Source: Eledone cirrhosa (Eukaryota). Taken from it: a stretch of 64,000 bases of DNA. The position numbers and the translations under genes are program-made. The stretch is taken from positions 49,910,001 to 49,974,000 of the forward strand of contig OZ024745.1 in NCBI GenBank assembly GCA_964016885.1. Reading direction: 5' to 3'. The notes under the pieces were generated by a model, which saw nothing but the letters and a program-made list of their open reading frames with translations, was not told the DNA's origin and made no database searches. Shown here in pieces: positions 39,571-59,250 of this stretch (positions are counted from its first letter, which is position 1; each line of letters opens with the position of its first letter).

Positions 39571-40069
39571 ATCTAAACAATATTTTATTGAACCTGATTT
39601 TATATATATATGTATCATGTGTATATATATATATATATTTTATATGTGTATATATATATATATATTTTATATGTGTATATATATATATATTTTATATGTG
39701 TATATATGTGTATTTTATATATATATATGTATATATTTTATATATATATGTATATGTATGTATATTTTATATATATATATGTATGTATGTTTTATGTGTG
39801 TATATATTTTATGTATGTGTGTATTTTATGTATATATATATTTTTATTTTTTATATTTTTATATCTATATATTTTATATATTATGTATGTTCTGTGTATG
39901 TATATATATATATGTGCATACATGTATATATATACACACCTGTATGGATTTGTGTGTAGATGTGTGAGTGTCTGAGGGGGTAGGTGTGAGTGTATGTACA
40001 AGTCAACCAGCATAAACCTTTTATTTCTAAATTTTCTAAACTATCTAAGTATTGGATTCTAACCATTGT

Positions 40070-40252
40070 GGATTGGCAGTATCGGTAGAGCGCAGACACT
40101 ATGCTTTCCAGCATAGTTACGTCCCTTTACGATCTGAGTTCAAATCCCACCGAGGTTGACTTTGCCTTTCATCCTTACGGGGTCGATAAAATATAGTACC
40201 AGTAATGCACTAGATATTTGCTGGCCTTGTGCCTAAAGTAGAAACAATTATT
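40070..40252 (+). mobile_element. tRNA-derived SINE with Meta/Sauria-like central domain
   Basis: A-box-like TGGCAGTATCGG, B box GAGTTCAAATCC, then GCCTTTCATCCTTACGGGGTCGATAAAATATAGTACCAG. Confidence 0.72.
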
Positions 40253-40615
40253 TTAAGTATTACCACCCCACATTTTGTATGTGTGGATGTGTGTGTCTGT
40301 GGAGGTGGGTGTGAGTGTAGTTCAAGCCAACCTACATAAGTCTTTTTATTTGTAAATGTTCTACTCCAACCATAAATTTCAGTAGCACCACTCCCCAATT
40401 TCATAAATCAGTCATATGGAACTATTGTCTGTCTTGACTGATGGTTTGAACTTTGAGGTCAAATACTAACCCTACTACCATCTACAAACTGACCAATGAC
40501 AATCAAGACTATTCCTGCTGACAACATTAAATTATTCCTAACAAGCTCATATGTCCCAAGGCTCTGATACCAGCAACACTATAAACACAGAGCTGGCATA
40601 TCTAAGAACTGACTA

Positions 40616-40671
40616 ACTGCCTGATGAGGTCATAGCCATTCAATGGCTATCATCAAAATATATATAGCAGT
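40616..40671 (+). ncRNA. hammerhead-like motif, family E (GAAA mutated to AAAA)
   Basis: ACTGC-CTGATGA-GGT C ATAGCCATT C AATGGCTAT C ATC-AAAA-TATATA-TA-GCAGT. Confidence 0.72.
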
Positions 40672-40711
40672 AAATAAAGGATTATGAGTTCATGCAATTG
40701 ACTTGTTTCGT

Positions 40712-40951
40712 CACCAACCTCATTTACAGTGAGTGCTGGGTGCTTTTTTGCCGTGGCACCTCCACGACCACTTTGCAGTGGAATGATAGGGACCCCAGCC
40801 CCTATCATCTCATTTCTACAGCTGAGTAAACTGGAGCAATGTGAAATAAAGTGTCTTGCTCAAGGAAACAACACATCACCCGGTCTGAGAATTGAACTCA
40901 CAACCTTTCGATTGCAAGCCCAATGCTCTAACCACTAAGCCATGTGCCTCC
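40712..40951 (-). mobile_element. tRNA-derived SINE, same family as 548-888, 3'-truncated
   Basis: High similarity to 652-888; A and B boxes present. Confidence 0.82.
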
Positions 40952-41213
40952 ATATACATATATATATACATATATATATATTATTATTATTATTATCAAT
41001 TATATTATATTATATATAGTACAATAATTCCCGCTCTATATCACCACCTTTGTTTAGCTTTAGTTTTTGCATTGGACTATATTTGTAATATGGTTCAAAA
41101 TGTTATTCACTTCCTTAGCAATTTTTACTTGATATTTTCCTGTGCTTTAATATATGTATACTCCATATTCTTCTGAGTTTTCGGCTTGTATTGGCCGATA
41201 GTGCTTTTTATAG

Positions 41214-41267
41214 CTTTAATTGCCCTGATGAGTCCTTAATAGGACGAAACATTGTTGGCTAATAAAG
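41214..41267 (+). ncRNA. hammerhead ribozyme, family F
   Basis: CTTTAATTGCC-CTGATGA-GTCCT TAAT AGGAC-GAAA-C ATT G-TT-GGCTAATAAAG; canonical core. Confidence 0.85.
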
Positions 41268-41408
41268 ACTTTTGATGTATTGAAGGCTTCTTTGGTTTAT
41301 TTTCATAATTCTTCGGCTCTGTTTAATTACATTGAGCTATACTTTTACTGTCATTTCTATAATACGAAGAGGGTGTTTAACTCCAACACACTCTAGTATT
41401 TTAATTCT

Positions 41409-43349
<1,941 letters not shown>

Positions 43350-43613
43350 TACCCACTCTACTACCTCAAGTATTGAGTACTTTGGTGCGTTATGGTCCAC
43401 CTGGTTCCTTACCACATTTCCTTCGTTATATATATATATATATATATGTATGTATATATGTATGTATATATATATGTATATATATATGTATGTATATATA
43501 TATGTATGTATATATATATGTATGTATATATGTATGTATATATATATGTATATATATATGTATATATATATGTATATGTATATATATATATATGTATATG
43601 TATATGTATATAT

Positions 43614-43647
<34 letters not shown>

Positions 43648-43709
43648 ATGTATGTATATATATATGTATATATATATGTATGTATATATGTATGTATATA
43701 TATATGTAT

Positions 43710-43937
43710 ATCATCATCATCATCATCATCATCAGGTTTAGCGTCTGTGTACCACGCTTGCATGGGTTTGGACGGGGGTTTTCCCACTTGAGGCAAGAGT
43801 GATTGTCTTGCTCGCATAGGACTGTCTGGCGGGTTTTCTACAGCTGGATGCCCTTCCTAACACCAACCACATTTACTGTGTGGGGCTGGGAGGTTTTTAC
43901 CGTGTTGCCTACATGGCCACATTACAGCATGGACTGT
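43710..43937 (-). mobile_element. RTE 3' UTR fragment
   Basis: Reverse complement of ~22190-22416, with (CAT)n. Confidence 0.9.
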
Positions 43938-44069
43938 ATATATGTATGTATATATATATGTATATATATATGTATGTATATGTATGTATATATATGTATA
44001 TATATATGTATATATATGTATGTATATATATATGTATGTATATATATATGTATATTTATATGTATATAT

Positions 44070-44139
<70 letters not shown>

Positions 44140-44185
44140 GTTTATATATATATATGTTTATATATATATATGTTTATATATATAT

Positions 44186-47100
44186 GGGGTGGGTCTGCTA
44201 GATTCATTGACGGTAAAAAAACGATGCTATAAGCTTTTCTGGGTGGGAAATGACGATGGGCTGGGTGGAGTAGGAATCATGGTACCAGAAAAGTGGGCAG
44301 ATAAGATAATAGATGTAAATAGAGTGAATGACAGAATAATTAAAATAAGACTTGTCCTCAATAGAACTACGGTGACAGTAATATCTGCGTACGCACCCCA
44401 ATCCGGACTGCCCGGCACTATAAAAGACAGATTCTATGAGACACTGATGCTCACTACCTCCCAAATAACCGACAGTGACTATATAATTATTGCAGGCGAC
44501 CTAAATGGTCACGTTGGACAACATTGTGACGGCTAGGACGAAATCCATGGAGGCTATGGGTTTGGTACTAGAAATGAGGAAGGCTCCAGAATTCTGGAAT
44601 TCTGTGACGCAAATAACCTAACTATCTGTAACACTAACTTCAAAAAACGTGACAATCACCTGATCACCTATAGATCGGGGGAACACACAAGCCAGGTAGA
44701 TTATATCCTTACCAGAAAACGTGACAGAGTGTCTGTTGTAAACACTAAATCCCTCCCCCATGAAGAATGCACCTCCCAACATAGACTGATAATTAGCGAC
44801 CTAATAGTCAGGACGAGACGTACTAGACAACAGAAGAGGACTATCCTCAGGAGAAAAATATGGAAGTTAAAGGACCCCACAGCCAGAAATAAATTTAAAA
44901 GCATACTACTTGATGCTTTCGACAGTAAGGAAGAGCAATTAGAGCCGTACAATATAGAGGAGCAGTGGGAATTCCTGAAAGCAAACCTGCTGATGGCGGC
45001 AGACGAAGTCTGTGGCTGGAGCAGGCCTGTAGGCAGGAGGAGAGTAACATGGTGGTGGAACAGTAAGGTGGAGGGGTCAATTAAGGCCAAAAAGCAGGCT
45101 TGGAAAGTATGGCGGGATGGGGGAAGTAGAGAAGACTATCAAGTGGCCAGGAGGGAAGCTAGGAGACAAGTGTACTTCGCAAGAATGGAAGCAGAGGAAA
45201 GAAAGTTCAAGCATGTTCTACAACGCGAGGACCAAAAACGTGAGGTGTTCAGGATTGCTAGGCAATGTGTCAAGGAAAACCGTGATATTGTCGGGGAGAA
45301 GTGTGTACTTAATGATGACGGCGTACTTGCCATCACCGACGCTGATAAGAAGGTAGCTTGGAAGTGTCACTATGAAAGGCTACTAAATGAGGAGAATAAA
45401 TGGGAGAAAGACAGTCTCCCCCACATCAACCCAATAGAGGGACCAGCAGTGTTAGTCGAGGGTAGTATAATAAGTAAGGCAATCAAGGATATGAAGACGG
45501 GTAAGGCGGCTGGGCCTTCGGAAATAGTTGCTGAGATGCTGAAGGCATCTGGCACGGTGGGACACACCATGGTCACCCGCATAGTTAACCAAGTCGTACA
45601 GAATGGGGTTGTTCCGAAGGACTGGCATAGCAGCATCATCGTTAACTGTTATAAGGGTAAAGGAGACGCCCTAGATAGGAGTAACTATAGAGGCATTAAA
45701 TTAATCGACCAGGTCATGAAGGTCACGTAAAAAGTAATAGCGCAACTAATCAGAGAGAGAATTGACCTAGATGAAATGCAGTTCGGGTTTGTGTCAGGCA
45801 AAAGTACCACAGACGCTCTTTTCATTGTACGACAACTACAGGAGAAGTACCTAGCTAAAAGTAAACCCCTATACTTAGCTTTTGTCGACTTGGAGAAAGC
45901 CTTCGACAGAGTCCCACGTTCCATTATCTGGTGGGCTCTTAGAAAACTAGGTGTCGACGAATGGCTTGTGAGATCTATACAAGCCATGTATAAAGAAACA
46001 GTCAGCAAGGTTAGAATTAACAACGAATATAGTGAAGAGTTTAGCGTAAAAGTTGGCGTCCATCAGGGCTCTGTTCTCAGCCCCCTACTATTTATTATTG
46101 CCCTTCAGGCTATAACAGAGGAGTTCAAGACCGGCTGCCCATGGGAACTCCTATACGCAGACGACCTAACACTCATAGCTGAATCAATGGCCGAGCTAGA
46201 GAAGAAATTCCAAACATGGAAGCACGGCCTAGAATCAAAAGGCCTTAAAATTAACCTGGCTAAGACCAAAGTTCTAGTTTGTAGGAAAGAAAATAAGGCG
46301 GCGGTCCCTTCCGGGAAGTGGCCATGCTCAGTGTGTAGGAAAGGCGTAGGTAGAAACTCCATTTTCTGTCAGAAATGCAAAGTATGGGTGCATAAAAGAT
46401 GTAGTGGGATCACAGGTAAGCTAACTAAGAACATAGATTTCATATGTGGCCGGTGCTCTGGTGCAATAAATAGCAGCAAGTGCCCACAAAATACTAGCTC
46501 TTTCAACTGCACAGAGGGCTCTATAGAAATAGTGGACGGCTTCCGTTACCTGGGCGACAAAATCAGCAGTGGGGGAGGGTGCTCTGAAAGTACACTAGCT
46601 AGAGTCAGAACTGGATGGAAAAAGTTCAGAGAGCTTATACCACTATTATCCGCTAAAGGGTTCTCCCTAAAAATGAAAGGCAGGTTGTATGATGCCTGCA
46701 TACGAATAGCAATGTTGCATGGCAGTGAGACCTGGGCATTGTGTGCAGAGGATATACGCAGACTAGAGATGAACGAAGCTTGCATGCTCCGCTGGATGTG
46801 TAATAGTAATATACGTGAACGGCAAAGCATAAACGAACTAAGGAAAAAATTAGAAATAAGAGGGATCAGATGTTGTTTACTCGAGAGAAGGCTACGTTGG
46901 TATGGACACATGATGCGTATGAAAGTTGATAGCTGTATAACAAAGTGCAGGGCAATAAAGATAGACGGTAGCCACGGAATAGGCAGACCTAGAAAAACCT
47001 GGGACGAGCTGATAAACTCCGACCTCACACACTTACACCTCTCCAAGACAATGTCACTGGACCGAGACCTTTGGCGGTACTCAGTAATAGAGAAGACCCG

Positions 47101-47498
47101 CCTTACCTAAATACATAGTAAAACCTACTACAGTCAGTAGGCATCTCTAACAAAATACACCCCCGTCCCACCACCCCCACCCCATCCACACCGCCCCCTT
47201 CTATGTAAAGTTATGTTGGTGCCACACCATCCAGGCCGAAACAAATGAGATCGTGTAGGTGTCACGACAAAAAAACACACAGTCCACACTGTAATGTGGC
47301 CGTGTAGGCAACACGGTAAAAACCTCCCAGACCCACACTGTAAATGTGGTTGGTGTTAGGAAGGGCATCCAACTGTAGAAAAGATGCCAGACAGTCCTAT
47401 GCGAGCAAGACAATCACTCTTGCCTCAAGTGGGAAAACCCCCGTCCAAACTCATGCAAGCGTGGAACACGGACGTTAAACGTTGTTGATGATGATGAT
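44186..47498 (+). mobile_element. near full-length RTE LINE (APE + RT + PHD-type finger), two in-frame stops
   Basis: [25 protein letters not shown]; RT motifs as above; stops ending at 44536 and 45730; (GAT)n tail. Confidence 0.96.
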
Positions 47499-47696
47499 AT
47501 ATATACATATATATACATATATATAAACATATATATATATATACATATACATATATATATACATATACATATATATATACATATATATATATATATACAT
47601 ATATATATACATATATATATATATATACATATATATATACATATATATATATATACATATTAAATAAATGGAAAACTATATTTATAAAACCATATT

Positions 47697-47762
47697 TATT
47701 TCATTATATATATTTCGGGGATATCATATTAACAATATGCTATGCCTTCATCAGACAATATA
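47697..47762 (-). ncRNA. minimal hammerhead ribozyme, family A
   Basis: Reverse complement of 47914-47979. Confidence 0.82.
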
Positions 47763-47913
47763 CAATATAAACAGTTTTATAGATAAATATATTCGACATA
47801 CCGTAATAAACATCAACTTCATTTGAAGAGGCTGCTAGAGTAAACCTCTTCAAATGAAGTTGATGTTTATTACGGTATGTCGAATATATTTATCTATAAA
47901 ACTGTTTATATTG

Positions 47914-47979
47914 TATTTTGTCTGATGAAGGCATAGCATATTGTTAATATGATATCCCCGAAATATATATAATGAAATA
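47914..47979 (+). ncRNA. minimal hammerhead ribozyme, family A
   Basis: TATTTTGT-CTGATGA-AGG...CCC-GAAA-TATATA-TA-ATGAAATA. Confidence 0.85.
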
Positions 47980-48197
47980 AATATGGTTTTATAAATATAG
48001 TTTTCCATTTATTTAATATTGTAAATATACTCCAAATATTTGTCGAGTGCTTTTATATCAGTTATAAATATTTACTAGTTGTAACCCAACAATTTTAAAT
48101 ATAACTTTACATATATATATACATATATATATATATATACATATATATACATATACATATATATACATATACATATATATACATATACTGTATATAC

Positions 48198-48234
<37 letters not shown>

Positions 48235-48732
48235 CATATATATACATATATATATATACATATATATATACATATATACATATATATATACATATATATA
48301 TATATACATATATATATACATATATATATATATACATATATATATACATATATATATATATACATATCATTCTAATACAAAGGTCTGATGACATGGTGTG
48401 TTGGCTTACAGTGTACTTCCGGTTTTTGATAATATTTGTGTATTATTCAAATAGCGAGGTATAGGTAACTCATACACTATAGAAACAATTGTTACCTAAT
48501 AAATTCTATATACCCGCATTTCCATTTCGTAAATTTTTTCTCTATATATACATATATATATACATATATATATATATATACATATATATATGAAAAGTGT
48601 AATTTACTACACAAAACGAAGGTTATAGAGAAAATTGAGGTTGGTAATGGCACATGGAATATATAAGAGACAGAATACTTTTTTGTGAAAAAACATATAA
48701 TTTTATAAGGTAAGGAAATAATAAAGGGTATA

Positions 48733-48783
48733 AAAAATGACCGGTTTCGATGGGTCTGCAAAAGCCATCTTTTCAAATGTTGA
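48733..48783 (-). ncRNA. degenerate hammerhead motif downstream of the Neptune-type PLE
   Basis: Minus strand TTGAAAA-GATGG...CCATC-GAAA-CCGG-TC. The GAAACCGGTC end is typical of PLE minimal HHRs, but CUGANGA has two substitutions. Confidence 0.55.
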
Positions 48784-49133
48784 TTAATATTAAGAAAAAT
48801 TAATAATAAGAAGAGTTAAAATTTGAGATTTGAAAATTCAAGTATAAAATTCATTGTGGGATTTCATAGTAGTTTTCATCTTGGTAGCAGCTCGTTGACT
48901 GCTTCTGGTAGTGAATGAGAAGTTATTTGGGGGTTGGGTTATTTTATAAAGGTCAAATTTAGCAATGGCCAGATGGCCAGCTGCTGGTCAGTGAGGGGGT
49001 GGAAGCAATATACATACATATATCTTCCTGTGCTCGGTAGGAGAGGGGAGATTGATAGAAAGGGATTTAGTGCACTTACACCTATATATACACACATACC
49101 TTCATCCACACATACATACATATACATATACAT

Positions 49134-49164
<31 letters not shown>

Positions 49165-49337
49165 CATATACACACATACATACACACACACATACATATA
49201 CACACACATATATGCACATACACACACATATATATATATACACATACACACACACATATATATACACATACGCATACATCCAGATACACACATACATACA
49301 CACACACACGCACACACAATACATACATCCACATGCA

Positions 49338-49369
<32 letters not shown>

Positions 49370-49762
49370 TATAGACATACATACACCCACACACAGAGAA
49401 ATGGCCTCCAAATATATATATACATACATACACATATATTGTTTCCATAATATAAGAAGTTAGGGCAGTGAAATTAAAATACAAGTCATTCTGATCACAT
49501 TGAGTTCTTCATGTAGATTGGGCCCCGCAACCGACAGTGGTGAATTCTGTGTGCGCATATATATATAGATATATGTGTGTGCACGTGCAGGGTTTAGCAT
49601 GGATGTGTTGGTCACACAAAGGCATGGTCTGTCAACGAATAAACCTGATTCTACAGAATTGGTCTCTGGTCTTTAATAGTAGTGATAATTATATACATGC
49701 ACACATACAAACACATATATCTGTCACTCCGTGCGTATGTGTGTTTATATTTTATGACAATT

Positions 49763-51639
49763 CTATTGGGGTGATAACCCGTTTAGTTTTGGTTTAAATT
49801 TGTTAAGGAATAGATTTTCTTTGTTTATTCTATGTTGCTGTGTGAACGAATCTGAGCACTTGTAGAAGGGGAAGATTTTAAAGTTGGGTAGTGTCATTCC
49901 TGCGCAGTTCGCAATATGGCTGCTCAAGGGGATTTTTCTTGTGCTAGCATCCCGGATTTGTTGGCGGTGGATGGTCATTCTTTTGCGTAATGAGGTGCCC
50001 GTCTGTCCTATGTAGTTGTGTTTGCACCCACCGCAAGTTATTGCGTAAATCAAGTTCTCCGAGTTGCAGGTGAAATTGTTTTTTACTGTAAATGTTTGGC
50101 CATCTTTAAATGTAAATTTTTGTCCTTCAGTGAGGTAGAGGCACGTTCCACAGTTTGTTCTACCACATTTGGTAACTGTAGGGTTGAGGATTGGTTTGGG
50201 TATATTTGGTCCAGTGAGAATGCGTTTTCGTGATTTGGGTTGTCTTTTACTTTTAAGGATCTTGTGTGTTTCAAGAATAGACTTCATTTTTACATCTTTA
50301 AGTAGGATGGGGAGGTTTTTGTGTAGGTGATCAAACATTTCGGTATTTCTGGGGTTGAAAGTGGATACATATGGCAGGGTGTTGAGTGTGGTTTTCTGTT
50401 TTGGATTGTTAAGTTGATGGGGATTTAGGTGTTTTGCCCTGTCTATTCCATTGTTGATTATTTCAAGTGGAAAGGCTCTTAAGATAAGGGTGTCTTTTAG
50501 TTCCTTTAGTCTTTGCTCCCGTTTAGGTGGATCTGATACTATGGTACATATACGTTTGGCCAAATTGTAAGGAATGTTAAGTTTTGTATGTTTTGGGTGA
50601 CTTGATGTGAAAAAGAGGTATTGCTTGGAATCTGTGGGTTTATAGAATATATCTGTATCTAATTTCCCGTCTATTACAGAGATGAGAATATCCAAGAAGG
50701 CTAATTCCTTGGGATTGGATTCCATTGTGAATTGTATGTTATTATCTATGTTGTTTATCATGTTTTTAAACATAGTAAGTGAGTTCATGTCTTCTTGCCA
50801 TAGGATAAAGCAGTCGTCTAGATATCTTTTCCAATTGGCTTTGAGGTGTGTGTGGAAAGAGTCTCCAAATAAGAGAAGGGACTGACTGTATATTTGTTGT
50901 TCATGGAATCCCATGACTAGGTTGGCATATGTGGGTGCTACTTTCGTGCCCATTGCCGTACCTGATACTTGTCTGTATGTTGAACCATTGAATGTGAAGT
51001 AGTTATTTTGTAGGATAAAGCGGAGTCCGTCAGTGATAAAATCTTTGTTGATGCGTGTCGGTATTTCTGATGGGTGTGTGTTAAGCCAGTATTGGACTGC
51101 TGTTATTCCATAGTTGTGGGGTATGTTTGTGTAGAGGTTTATTACGTCAAAGGAGACAAGAATTGTATTTGCACTTACTGTTTTAGGGAGGTGTTTCAGC
51201 ATGTCACGGTCATCTCGTATGTAGCTCTGTATATGTTGTAGAAAGGGTTTCAGTAGGATGTCCAGAAAGTTGCTAAGTCTGTGGGTTTCACATGTAGGGC
51301 CTGCTATAATTGGCCTGAGTTTTAGGTCTTCTGGTGGTGTTAGTTCAATGTAATTGTTGGTTGAGGTGTCACATGCATCGTTTATGGGTTTACATTTGTG
51401 GAGTTTCGGTAAGCCGTAAAAAGAGCTTGTATTGCATTTGAAGTGGCTTATATAGTTAAACTCTTTTGTGGTTAAGCTGTTGCGGTATTTATTCAGTAAG
51501 GTCAAAAGGTTCCCCATTGTTTTGGTGTGTTTGTAGTTTTCTGTTTTTTCATAGTATGTGTTGTTTTCTAAAATGTTAAGTGCGAGGGTCCTATAGTAGT
51601 CCGTATTCATAATCACAACAGTACTGCCTTTATCGGCTT
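49763..51639 (-). mobile_element. Neptune-type PLE, uninterrupted RT + Cys-rich linker + GIY-YIG, 5'-truncated
   Basis: ADKGSTVV (in frame just upstream of the ORF call), FYGLPKLHK, RPII, SFDVINLYTNIP, GTAMG, RYLDD, FLDI, CGRTNCGTC, LIY..CGGC..YIGQT, H..H. Confidence 0.95.
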
Positions 51640-54624
<2,985 letters not shown>

Positions 54625-54826
54625 TGGTGGCTGCCAACTCGTTTTCGAGTACGGCCACTACTTTATATCCATGTAGGAGAACCCCTACCGATGCGCTGAA
54701 CGAATGTGACTTTAGTCCAGCCAGCGACTTGAAAACTCTGGTACAAAGACTACACTTGTGACCATTATTGACACATAGTGCAGGGCCCATGGTACCAGGT
54801 GATGACAAGTGCAGAGAGATCTCCAG
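54625..54826 (-). mobile_element. 3' end of an RTE/BovB-like LINE (C-terminal C2H2-like finger and short UTR)
   Basis: [17 protein letters not shown] on the minus strand, embedded between TA tracts. Confidence 0.6.
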
Positions 54827-55162
54827 ATATATACATATACATATATATATATACATATATACATATATATATATATACATATATATATACATATATACAT
54901 ATATATATACATATATACATATATATATACATATATACATATATATACATATATACATATATATACATATATATATATATACATATATATACATATATAT
55001 ATACATATATATACATATATATATACATATATATATACATATATATACATATATATATACATATATATGTACATATATATATACATATATATATACATAT
55101 ATATATACGTATATATATACATATATATATATGTATATATATACGTATATACATATATATGC

Positions 55163-55247
<85 letters not shown>

Positions 55248-55276
55248 CATATATATATATACATATATATATATAC

Positions 55277-55323
<47 letters not shown>

Positions 55324-55380
55324 CATATATATATATACATATATATATATATACATATATATATATACATATATATATAC

Positions 55381-55445
<65 letters not shown>

Positions 55446-55497
55446 CATATATACATATATATATATATAATACATATATATATATACATATACATAC

Positions 55498-55528
<31 letters not shown>

Positions 55529-55569
55529 CATATATATACATATATATATATATATATACATATATATAC

Positions 55570-55616
<47 letters not shown>

Positions 55617-55933
55617 CATATAAATACATATATATATATATACATATAAATACATATATATATATATACATATAAATACATATATATATATATACATATA
55701 TATACATATATATACATATATATATATATACATATAAATACATATATATATATACATATATATACATATATATATACATATATATACATATATATACATA
55801 TATATATATATATACATATATATATACATACATATATATATACATATATATATACATATACATATATATATACATATATATATACATATATATATACATA
55901 TATATATACACATATATATATATACATATATAT
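54827..55933. repeat. (TA)n/(TATATACA)n microsatellite
   Basis: Direct reading. Confidence 0.97.
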
Positions 55934-56170
55934 GTAGCGGCGATGAATTAGTTTTGCGAGGTTTTTTATATGAAATCGTGTGTCGAAACAAATATTGTTA
56001 TACTTGGGGAGGGTCATATTTGTGTAATATTGCCAGAATTAATAACAGAACACACTCACTGTTTGGTTGGTTTTCGCTTCTCGCTTCTGTGTCTTTTATA
56101 TCGGTAATCTAATATACTCGGTCCCTAATGTTTATCATAAATCTTTCATAATGTTTATCATAAATCTTTC

Positions 56171-57122
<952 letters not shown>

Positions 57123-59235
57123 CCGGAATGATAAAGGTGAGCTTGCCCTCACAAGTGCTGAGAAGAAAGATGCATGGAAGAGTCATTATGATAGATTACT
57201 AAATGAGGAGAATGCATGGGAAGAAGAGACCCTACCCCACGTAGACCCTATAGAGGGACCAGCAGTACAAGTCAGCGGCAGCGTAGTAAGTAAGGCAATC
57301 AGAGATATGAAGATAGGGAAGGCAACCGGTCCATCGGGTATAGCTGCCGAGATACTGAAGGCATCTGGGTCTGTAGGTCACACTATAACCACACGTATCG
57401 TTAACCAGGTAATACTAGAGGGGGCCATACCAAAAGATTGGTGCAGTAGCATCATTGTCAACTGCTACAAAGGTAAAGGCGATGCACTAGATAGAGGAAA
57501 CTATAGAGGTATAAAGTTGATGGACCAGGTCATGAAAGTAACAGAAAGAGTTATAGCACAGCTGATTAGGGACCGGGTGAATATAGACGAGATGCAATTT
57601 GGGTTTGTACCAGGGAAAGGCACCACTGATGCGCTCTTCCTTGTGAGGCAATTACAGGAAAAGTACCTAGCTAAAAGTAAGCCACTCTACTTGGCATTTG
57701 TCGACCTTGAGAAAGCCTTTGACAGAGTTCCACGTGCAGTAATCTGGTGGGCTCTTAGAAAACTAGGAGTAGATGAATGGCTTGTGAAAGCGGTACAAGC
57801 CATGTATAGGGGAGCAGTCAGCAAAGTTAGGATTGGCAATGAGTATAGCGAGGAATTTAGCGTACAGGTTGGGGTCCACCAGGGCTCTGTTCTTAGCCCT
57901 CTCCTGTTCATCATAGTCCTGCAGGCAATAACGGAGGAGTTTAAGACCGGATGCCCATGGGAACTCCTGTATGCTGATGACCTCGCACTCATAGCTGAAT
58001 CTATGGTAGAACTAGAGAATAAATTCCAAACCTGGAAGCAGGGACTAGAGAGAAAGGGCCTCAAAGTCAACATGACAAAGACTAAGGTCCTTATAAGTAG
58101 ACGAGAAAACAGAACCCAGATCCCCTCAGGGAAATGGCCTTGCTCAGTATGTAGGAAAGGTGTAGGTAGGAACTCCATTCTTTGCCCCAAATGCAAACAA
58201 TGGGTACACAAGAGATGTAGCGGGATCTCAGGAAGCTTAATTAAGAATGTAGGATTCACATGCAGCAGCTGTGCTGAAACAGCAAGCAAACAGCCACAGG
58301 AAACAAGTACCACCAATCTCTGGGAGGGCCCTGTAGAAACAGTAGACAGCTTCTGCTACCTAGGTGACCGAATTAGCAACGGAGGTGGGTGCTCAGAAAG
58401 TACAATAACTAGGGTAAGAACGGGATGGAAGAAGTTTAGGGAACTACTACCACTGCTAGCTGCAAAAGGCTTCTCCCTCAGAATGAAAGGCAGACTGTAT
58501 GATGCGTGTATCCGAACAGCGATGTTGCATGGTAGTGAGACCTGGGCGCTGAAGGTGGAAGACTTACGTAGATTAGAGAGAAACGAAGCCTGCATGCTCC
58601 GATGGATGTGTAACAGTAATATACGTGAACGACAAAGCATAAATGAATTGAGAGAGAGACTGAGCATAAGAGGAATCAAATGCTGCGTGCAGGAGAGGCG
58701 GTTACGCTGGTATGGACATGTGATGCGTATGAAGGATGACAGCTGCATAAAAAGGTGCAGAGCACTAGAAGTTGATGGAAACCGCGGAGTGGGGAGACCC
58801 AAGATGACTTGGGATGAGGTGATAAAAGCCGACCTTACCCAACTACACCTCTCAAAGTCAATGACACACGACCGTGACTTCTGGCGTCACGCAGTAATAC
58901 AGGGTACCCGACCTCCCATGGGTACATGCTGAAGCATATAAACAATATGCCCCCCCCCCCCCCCCCCCCCACCGCAAGGTGGTCGTGGAGGTGCCACGGC
59001 AAAAAAGCACCCAGCCCACACTGTAAAGTGGACGTGTAGGTGCCACGAAAAAGCACCCAGCACTCACTGTAAATGAGGTTGGTGTTAGGAAGGGCATCCA
59101 GCTGTAGAAATCAAGCCAGATCAGTTCCTGTATGAGCAAGGCATGGTCAGCCGACCAGACACTGCCCACAACAGGACAACCCGTCTAACCCATGCTAGCG
59201 TGGAAGAACGGACGTAAAACGGTGATGATGATGAT
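57123..59235 (+). mobile_element. young 5'-truncated RTE LINE with open RT + PHD-type finger (ORF 57307-58932)
   Basis: Uninterrupted 541-aa ORF with all RT motifs; (GAT)n tail. Confidence 0.96.
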
Positions 59236-59250
59236 ATATACATATATATA

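Larger units (their letters stand above)
47657..48019. repeat. inverted repeat of family-A pseudo-LTR (175-bp arms, 13-nt spacer)
   Basis: Arms 47657-47831 and 47845-48019; one mismatch seen; the right copy continues to ~48110. Confidence 0.93.

Noticed and set aside
40885-40951. tRNA gene on the minus strand (also ~822-888 and 40070-40152)
   Set aside because: A/B boxes are present but stems are imperfect and the sequence continues into SINE bodies.
57687-58802. Antisense ORFs over RTE elements (also 21013-21829, 45685-47046)
   Set aside because: Shadow frames of the RT coding strand with no recognisable motifs.
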